Shown here piece after piece: positions 57,101-64,000 of a stretch of DNA of 64,000 nucleotides. Position 1 is the first letter of the stretch. The number at the start of each line of letters is the position of its first letter. Under the pieces are notes generated by a model. The model saw nothing but the letters and a program-made list of their open reading frames with translations, was not told the DNA's origin and made no database searches. The stretch covers positions 3,686,799 to 3,750,798 of the forward strand of contig MU053588.1 in assembly GCA_013239625.1 (NCBI GenBank). The letters run 5' to 3'. The position numbers and the translations under genes are program-made. The DNA is from Lama guanicoe. Taxonomy: Eukaryota.

Positions 57101-58985
57101 TCAGACCCAGGAGCACCAGCCCGTGTGTGAACAAGGAATCCAGTTTGCTCACATTTGGGTCTCTTGAGGGAGGGCGGTGAGGGCTGTGCTGGCGGTTTGC
57201 TGGAGGTCTTCTTCTCTTCTTGGTTTAAATCCAACTTCCTCTTGCCTTTGGGGGACTCCTGAGGCTGCGGGGGTGGGATGGGTTGAGGCCTCTGGCTCCT
57301 CTCCTCCTTCTCTGCCCCACCAGGGTCTGATGACCTCACCTTGGAGGTGCTGCCCACAGCCTTGGAGGCCGGGGAGGCCGAGGAGGCGGCACTGGAGGCC
57401 TGCAGTGTAGCAGCTGCATAGCTGGGTCCTGGCGGCTCACTGGCTGTGACTACAGAGAAAGTGGATCCAGGTTGAGAGGGCTGGGCCCTCAGACCCTCTT
57501 CTCCTCTCCACGGGACACAGAATGCTGTTCCAAAAGCCAGCAGTGATCCAGGAGTCTGGGTCCCCAGCCCCTCCTCCCTCAGACCCAGGAGTCCAGGCCC
57601 CCGGCCTCTACTCACTGAGGACCCAATTTTCCACACTCACCCGGGGGTGTCTTGTTGATCCGGCTGAAGAAGAGAGCCCCGGGTCTCAGGGAGCTGGGAC
57701 TCTCATCCTCCTCCTTCACACGGAACTGGCCGAGCTTGGTCACCTTCTAAGGTCCCACAAGGTCAGTGCAGTGGGTGGGCTGTGGGCAGGTGGGGGTGAG
57801 GAGGTGGGGAGAAGGCTCTGGGCAGTGGTGGGAAGAGCTTACCTGGGATGATGAGGCCTCTGCCTCGTCTTTGTCTGGGGGGCTGTGAAACTGTATAAAA
57901 CTCAGGCCATAGGGGGTGTCCTGGGAAAGGAGGGGTGGGACTCAGGGAGTCTGGCCAAGGACAGAGGGCTGGCCCCAAAGCCCCTTTCATTCAGGGAAAC
58001 CCCTTTCTTGCTCTTTCCCACTAAGGATGCACGTGCCCGAGGAGGTGCCCGGATGATAATGACAAAGACAATACCAGCGAGCTGTTACTGAGCCCTAACT
58101 GAGGGTCAGGGTCAGTGCGAAGCCCTTCACGAAGCCCTGGCAAAGGCTGCTGGGTGTCTGAGTGAATACACTCTGCACCCCAAGTCCTGCCTGCGGAATG
58201 GGAGGCGGCTGCATGCCACTTCTGAAACTCGAAAAAGCTTCGGGCTCTTTCCTCCTCCACAGAGTGGATGCAGACCATAAGACGGAAGGAGCCTGGTTCC
58301 CAGATGATAGGCTGAACAGCTCCCGGGACAGATCCACAGGTAAGAAGTACACCTTTGTGTGCTGTATCACACACTCGGGTCCTGTCACCGCAGCCTAGCA
58401 TCCCTAACTGACAGCAACCCGATAAGGACCAACAAACTGAGGCTGGAGAGGTGAGGTCCCTTGCCTGAGGTCATACAGCTGAGAAGTGGAGTAGCCAGGT
58501 CTTAAACCAGCCTTCTGATGCCAGGTCTCATGATGTTAATCACAAGGCCCAAATCTATGAGGCCATGCCTCCACTGAGTCAGTGGCTCCCCATTCCAATT
58601 CCCCCGTAGTCTTGCAGGTCAGCCTTCCTAATGTTCCTCCAGTAAATGAAGATTCCTATGTGGGGAGGGTCTCAAACATTTCCAGGAATGCAGGGACCCA
58701 GCCTCCTCATAATCCCATAGGGAGACCAGCTGTCCAGTCTCCCCAGCCCTCTGGGACTCCAACTCAGCCCCTCCTCTCTAGTGGCTCAGGCCCGAGGACC
58801 CCGCACCCAGCTCCCACCCAAGGTACCTTGCTGTAGGGCTGGCTGCAGACAATTTTGACACGGTCCCAGCGCTTCTCTGCTGCTGCCCGGACCAGTTTGT
58901 CAGGCCCAAAAATGCGAACACGGTTAGGGTTTGAGCCACTGCGACTCTCAGAAGGGGACATGAAGGAAGAGGTGACCAGAAGGAC
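51038..58985 (-). CDS. XRCC1: DNA repair protein XRCC1, exons 4-17 (5' exons lie beyond the window)
   Basis: N-terminal domain end (VLLVTSSFMSPSESRSG), NLS, BRCT1 (ILQGVVVVLSGFQNPFRSELRDKAL), CK2 linker (YAGSTDENTD), BRCT2 (DFFQGKHFFLYGEF...YGVVPQA*); consistent GT-AG phases. Confidence 0.97.
51245..51320 (-). CDS. XRCC1: XRCC1 exon 16
   Basis: ELEDYMSDRVQFVITAQEWDPSFEE; 76 nt. Confidence 0.94.
51694..51784 (-). CDS. XRCC1: XRCC1 exon 15
   Basis: FFQGKHFFLYGEFPGDERRTLSRYVTAFN; 91 nt. Confidence 0.94.
52893..53032 (-). CDS. XRCC1: XRCC1 exon 14
   Basis: VAEQKEH...DPYAGSTDENTD...PELP; 140 nt. Confidence 0.94.
53128..53182 (-). CDS. XRCC1: XRCC1 exon 13
   Basis: GQDHGGEDSGDTEDELR; 55 nt. Confidence 0.92.
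53493..53625 (-). CDS. XRCC1: XRCC1 exon 12
   Basis: RPQTKAKPPQAAGPSSPQRPPTP...EGEQS; 133 nt. Confidence 0.9.
53771..53864 (-). CDS. XRCC1: XRCC1 exon 11
   Basis: YLMAGPDSSSEDEGGSHSGGSGDEAPKPPRK; 94 nt. Confidence 0.93.
55786..55910 (-). mobile_element. tRNA-derived SINE, 5' part deleted
   Basis: T-rich tail plus AATGGAGGTACTGGCGATTGAACCCAGGACCTCGTGCATGCTA. Confidence 0.7.
56365..56481 (-). CDS. XRCC1: XRCC1 exon 10
   Basis: CAFANTPKYSQVLGLGGRIVRKEWVLDCHRMRRRLPSR; 117 nt. Confidence 0.94.
56780..57038 (-). CDS. XRCC1: XRCC1 exon 9
   Basis: PAPTRTP...GKILQGVVVVLSGFQNPFR...DSTHL; 259 nt. Confidence 0.94.
57153..57264 (-). CDS. XRCC1: XRCC1 exon 8
   Basis: PQESPKGKRKLDL...KRPK; 112 nt. Confidence 0.93.
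57340..57449 (-). CDS. XRCC1: XRCC1 exon 7
   Basis: TASEPPGPSYAAATLQ...GSTSK; 110 nt. Confidence 0.93.
57545..57615 (+). repeat. MSR1-type 37-bp minisatellite
   Basis: CCAGGAGTCTGGGTCCCCAGCCCCTCCTCCCTCAGACCCAGGAGTCCAGGCCCCC. Confidence 0.8.
57641..57746 (-). CDS. XRCC1: XRCC1 exon 6
   Basis: KVTKLGQFRVKEEDE...GALFFSRINKTPP; 106 nt; TAG/AAG tandem acceptor. Confidence 0.9.
57843..57920 (-). CDS. XRCC1: XRCC1 exon 5
   Basis: DTPYGLSFIQFHSPPDKDEAEASSSQ; 78 nt. Confidence 0.92.
58827..58985 (-). CDS. XRCC1: XRCC1 exon 4
   Basis: VLLVTSSFMSPSESRSG...CSQPYSK; 159 nt. Confidence 0.95.
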
Positions 58986-59490
58986 CTGGAAAAAGGCACA
59001 GTGAATGGGAGCTGGGCCTGGCTGGTTTTGGTGACACCTCCTAGGGGCTGGAGGAGGGCAGGGGTCCCAGCAGGGATGAGGGAGTCACCAGGTCCAGCTT
59101 GTATGTCAATGTGCCTCAAGGTCTCTAGACTCATCTCTTGTTTCTGGGCCTCCAGTCAGTCCTTCCCTAACACAGGCCCCAGAGGGACACTTCCACTTCC
59201 AGATCTGGACGATCGATCCTTATCTAAATCCTTCCACAGAGTTTTCCATATCTGGCCAGCTGCAGGCTACCCAGTCTAAGGAACCCTCTGGGGTGAGGAT
59301 CTTCACAACAAGCCCAACGTGCAAACACCTTCTGGAAACACATGGAGGAGTCAGCAGAAAGGCAAGGGGAAGGAGGCCAGAAGTGACAGCACAGAAGTCT
59401 ATTAAGTGACTGTCTCTCAGTCCGCACGCACCCTTGGTGGCTCAGTTCCGTGATGCTGAGCAGGGTCCATGGGCTCCTTGTCAGGCTCCA

Positions 59491-59505
59491 CCAACAGGGG
59501 GCGCT
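59491..59505 (+). promoter_or_regulatory. CTCF core motif
   Basis: CCAACAGGGGGCGCT. Confidence 0.55.
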
Positions 59506-60452
59506 ACAGAGAGGGGCTCAAGGATGGAGGAGAGAGGAGGGCTCTGCTGTCTCTGGCAGGTGAACAGCAACCCAGGTGTGTTTCCTTCTGCAGCTGTTTG
59601 CCGGGGTTGGGGGAGGGGGGCGGCGGGTGAATCCAGTCTGCAGCTTCTCAACACTTGCAGAACTGGCCTCAGGACATCTGCTCAGGGACACACCAGAACC
59701 AGCAGGGCAGCCCCCTTCCTCACGGTCTAAGTTTTAACTTCAAGGGCCCTATCTCCAAGCTTCTAAATATCATTGTTTCAATAATTCCAACCTCTTCCTT
59801 TTGTTCCTCCAACCCTAAGATTGGTGGCCGCTCCCTGCCATTGCTTCTTTGTCCAACCTTAGTCTTCCCACCTCTTCAGTTTAATACCTCATCACCAATT
59901 CTCTCTGTTAAATGTAACTGGGGTGGTTTCAGTCTCCTGGTGAAACCTTGACCAGTACAGCCGGTGGCACTGACATTGGCATTTGCCCTATTGCTGATTC
60001 CAGGGGCCACAGAGCTTGATCTCGAAGAGCTCTGGGTGGTGGTAACAGCAGAGAAGGGGAGACAAAGCCTTGGCTCCAAGCCAAGAAGAAAGGCATCTCA
60101 GAGACTGTGGCCACAGTGCATGGAGCTGGGCCCTCCAAAGGGCAACACCCTTTGTGTGTAATTTAGGGGGACATGTGTCTCATGGGAGAACCAGTGGGAG
60201 AATTTAGCTCTCAGGGGACAGCAGAGGAAAGATGAAAAATTCTCTCTGGAAACTCCTAACTGCGGGTCTGTACTCAAGGATTTGGAGGAAAAATCCACAT
60301 GCTACCTGTGTGGAAAAACCCGAGTTGAAAACTATAAGTGGTCCCGTGTATGCAGTAGCACCTGATGCCAGGGCAAAGCCCCTTTGGAGGAACGTACTCA
60401 AACCAGGCCCCCAAAGAATCCCCACAGATATATTCCCCAAGAACAGAAGTTA

Positions 60453-60453
<1 letters not shown>

Positions 60454-60486
<33 letters not shown>
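60454..60486 (+). repeat. (CA)n microsatellite
   Basis: Directly visible. Confidence 0.95.
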
Positions 60487-60564
60487 GACATGAGGAAACA
60501 GGCTGCCATGACTTAGGGTCAGCAGAAACCACAAACTGTGGACTCAGACCCACAAAGACTGCGT

Positions 60565-60957
60565 GTATTAGCACTATTTACAATAGCCAAGACATGGAAA
60601 CAACCTAAATGTCCATCAACAGATGACTAGATAAAGAAGTTGTGGTATATTTATACAATGGAACACTACTCAGCCATAAAAAAGATTAAAATAATGCCAT
60701 TTACACCAACATGGATGGACCTGGAGATTGTCATTCTAAGTGAAGTAAGCCAGAAAGACAAAGAAAAATAAACAATAAGTTCATACTGTATAGCACAGGG
60801 AACTATATTCAATATCCTGTAGTAACTTATGGTGAAAAAGAATATGAAAATGAATAATGTATTTTCATGTATGACTGAAGCATTATGCTGTACACTAGAA
60901 ATTGACACAACATTGTAAACTGACTATACTTCAATAAAAATATATATACAAAAAAAG
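60565..60957 (+). mobile_element. Young L1 3' fragment with internal deletion
   Basis: GCACTATTTACAATAGCCAAGACATGG...GACTATACTTCAATAAAAA; shares its 3'UTR with the 14.4-kb copy. Confidence 0.8.
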
Positions 60958-62597
60958 AATTATGTATTACATTATCAAACACACAATAAAAGTGTGTTTA
61001 ATAGTTTAAAGAAATAAATGGAGCTACAGACAGTACAGACAGTAGGATGGAGCAAAAACTGACCAGTTTTGAAAAAAGAGTGGGACAGCTGCATGTCCAA
61101 CACTAAGGGATGAACCATGATTAATGCAAGCATTAGAATTCCCTCTGCCAGTGTTGGTCCAAGGACAGGCACATGACCCAGGTCTGGCCAATGCCATGTC
61201 ACGAAGAAGCCTGCTGGAGGCTTCTGGGAAAGATTTTCCTTCCTCATTAAAAAGAAACAGGATGGAAGAAAACCACTGCATTTCTGCCTCTCCACTCCTC
61301 CACTTTCTGCTTTTTTTTTTTCCCCACTTTCTGCTATTTTTTTTTTCCCCCACTTTCTGCTTTGGATGCTACTAGGTGATGGATGGAGCAATGGCAATCA
61401 TCTTGTAACCATGCAGCCAAGACCAAAAGAATCAAGAGGTGCCCAACTTAGCACCTTGACTTTGTTCAGCTGCCAGATCAACTCTGGGTCTGCCTAATGC
61501 TGGACTTCTCTCCTAAGGAAACTATAAATATTATTTGGCAGTAAGCCAGTTTTAGTTGGGCAAAATGTTTACTCAGTCTCTTTTCTGACACACTGTAAAA
61601 TCCATGAAATTAGGAAACAGAAGCCTTTTGCTGAGAAAAAAAACATACTGTAACTAGATGTCTCTGTGCTCAGCCCTGATTATGAAAAGGAAACAACAAA
61701 GATAAAGAAAATTATACAGAAGGGAAGCCATATCCCTGGCCCTGACTATACTTGTTTATAAAAGGCCTGTTTTTGAGCTGATGGGGGAGCTGAAGTATCA
61801 TCTAGTGACTAAATGAAGGGGTAACGCGAACTGTGGTTGGCAGCTGCCACCCATACAAAAGGGGAGCTTTCCTCTGAATTTATGCTCCTCCCATTCATTG
61901 TAAAGAGAAAACAACTCCAGCTGTTTTTATCATCCAATACTGTCTTTAAGGTTCCAGGATTAAACCTTTATTCTCTAGACTGGGTTAACCTCAAAACCTT
62001 AGGTATCTCCTTTGTAAAATTTGGAGGGCTAAATAAAAAAAAAGAACATGTTGTTGATTTTGTAGAAAACGGCATTAGTTATTATAATACATGCCTTTGG
62101 CTTGGCTTGTGTAGGTGACATCAACACGGACCAGCCCTGCTTGACCCTTTTTCCTTTTCTTTCTTGGCTCTTCCAGCTGCATCTTGTCTCTGGGCAGAAG
62201 CCAGACATTGTAAGCCCCAGAGTCTTTAACTCAGTCTTGGCCAGAAGTTATATAACAAAATTTCCAGCAGAAGTTTAATTACAAACTTGAAAAATATGGG
62301 ACACTATTGACATAGGGTTCTTTTTAAAAGTTTGGTTTTTTTGAGGTGTAGTTGATTTATAATATTAGTTTCAGGTGACAGGGGTTTTCAGACTCTGAAA
62401 AGATGAAGCTAGCCATTCCACCTTTCCAGGTAGAGAAGAGGGTGAATAATAAAGATTCATACGCCAGATTAGATAAAGTTTTAGCTAACAAAGAACTTTC
62501 TCTGTTTCCATAATTACAAAGTAGAATTTTGATCTAAATCTATTTGCCAAGAAGAGAGAACTTTTTTTTTTTAAACAGTCCCAAAGACTGCTGGTTT

Positions 62598-63107
62598 TGT
62601 TTAAAATTTTAAACAAGGAGGCCATCAAACTAGGTGACTCTGGTGCCTTAAGAAGCCTAAGTAAACCAACCAAAATTTAAGCCAGAGTTGATGAACTCGA
62701 AATCTAAGAAAACGAAATGCAGGAACAACTAATTACAGTCAAGTAACCACAGGGAACTATACTGTAATAACCTTTAATGAAAAAGAATATGAAAATGAAT
62801 ATATGTATATATATATTCATGACTGGGACATTACGCTGTACACCAGAAATTTACACATTGTAACTGACTATACTTCAATTAAAAAAAAAAAGTCATGTAA
62901 CGAGATTTTCCCAAGTAACGCAATTGTTTAAGCTGTAGCCAATTAAATCATTGCTTTGCTTTGCTTCCATGTCTTCTCTCTAAAAACCTCTGTCCCAGCC
63001 CGCCCACAGAACATCCCTAATCATGTTGTAGTTTGGGCTGCCCCATTCACATTATTTGCTCAAATAAACTCTTCAAAATATAATGTGTCTCAGTTTGCCT
63101 TTTTACA
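62598..63107 (+). mobile_element. ERV1-type solo LTR interrupted by a short L1 3' end (62748-62890)
   Basis: TG...CA ends, CCAAT-like element, AATAAA near the 3' end; L1 tail with poly(A) and TSD AGTCA(A/T)GTAAC. Confidence 0.6.
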
Positions 63108-64000
63108 ACTTATAGAACCTTCAGAATAAGAATGTGTGTTCAAGGGAAACCTCATTTGTTAAAATGTACCTTGTATGGCAGAAAAAGCACTTGATGAAAT
63201 TCAACACACATTCATTTAAAAAACTGGCAATATCAAGTATGAGCAAGGATGAGAAGCAAAGAGAACTCACATAGTGCTGAAGGGAACATAACACAGTACA
63301 AGCACTTTGGAAGAGTGTCGATTTCTATTACAGTTAAAACATATACCTACCCTAAGACCCTGCAATTCAACTCTTAGGTATTCACCCCAAAGAGATCTTA
63401 TACAGAGGCTTGTACAAGAATGCTCACGGCAGTCTTTTTCATAAGAGTCAAAAACTGGCAACAGCCCAGATGCCTGCCAACAAGGGAATGGATGAACAAA
63501 TTATGATCTACGCTTCTGGTAATACTGCTCAGCAATAAGGGGGAACAGACCGCTGACATATACACATATGGAAGAACCTCAAAAAAACAGTTCATTGAGT
63601 AAAAGAAGCCAGCCACAAAAAAAAAAAAAACACATGTTGTAAAATTCCATTTATACAAAATTCTAGGACAGGCAAAACTAGTCTGTAGTGACAGAAGAGA
63701 GATCAGTGGTGGCCTGAGCTGAGGGTGGGAGGGCTGACAGCAATGGGACATGAGGGAGTTTTCAGGGACGCTGGCAATTCTCTACGTCCTGATCTGGGGG
63801 ATGGTTGCGCAGGTGTATACATCTTGCAAAACTCTGACCTGTACATTTTCTTGTGTGTAAAATATACCTCAGTTCGAAACAATTTCTCACTGCAAGGAAA
63901 AAAATCTTGTAGGAACATGATTTATTCACTTAAAATTGTAAAATCTCTTTTTCACAGTCTGCTTCCTTTTATCCAAAAACATTCTGTTGATTAACCAGTT

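Noticed and set aside
60190..60560. Short frame containing CYLCGK, suggestive of a gag zinc knuckle
   Set aside because: The remaining H and C ligands are missing, the frame closes quickly, and the surrounding DNA resembles an old L1 5' region.
58986..64000. Search for XRCC1 exon 3 (LEKEEQIHSVDIGND-like)
   Set aside because: Not found by eye; this stretch is TE-rich intron, and exons 1-3 presumably lie beyond the window, so this is not evidence of gene truncation.

Overview
Mammalian genomic DNA. It is most likely from a camelid, judged from about 10 young tRNA-derived SINEs that resemble the camelid vic-1 family. The window is syntenic with human 19q13.31 and has the same gene order and orientation: the first 12 codons of LYPD3 (-), complete PHLDB3 (-, 15 coding exons, 639 aa), complete ETHE1 (-, 7 exons, 254 aa), complete ZNF575 (+, 2 coding exons, 246 aa) and XRCC1 exons 4-17 (-). 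I traced every coding exon by hand; all have GT-AG boundaries and consistent phases, with no frameshifts or premature stops. Introns and intergenic DNA carry SINEs, L1 fragments, MaLR LTRs and DNA-transposon MITEs. I found no new protein-coding system. The most notable non-coding structures are: (1) dispersed 37-bp MSR1-type minisatellite arrays that sit beside exon edges and switch orientation between PHLDB3 and ETHE1/XRCC1; (2) a promoter-like motif cluster on the PHLDB3 stop codon and 3'UTR; (3) a ZNF143/THAP11-type motif cluster in ETHE1 intron 5; (4) divergent CTCF motifs flanking the ETHE1 and ZNF575 promoters; (5) a twin-primed L1 with a possible mini 3' transduction; (6) a candidate antisense exon in XRCC1 intron 4. 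Gene and repeat family names come from recalled sequence similarity, not database searches.
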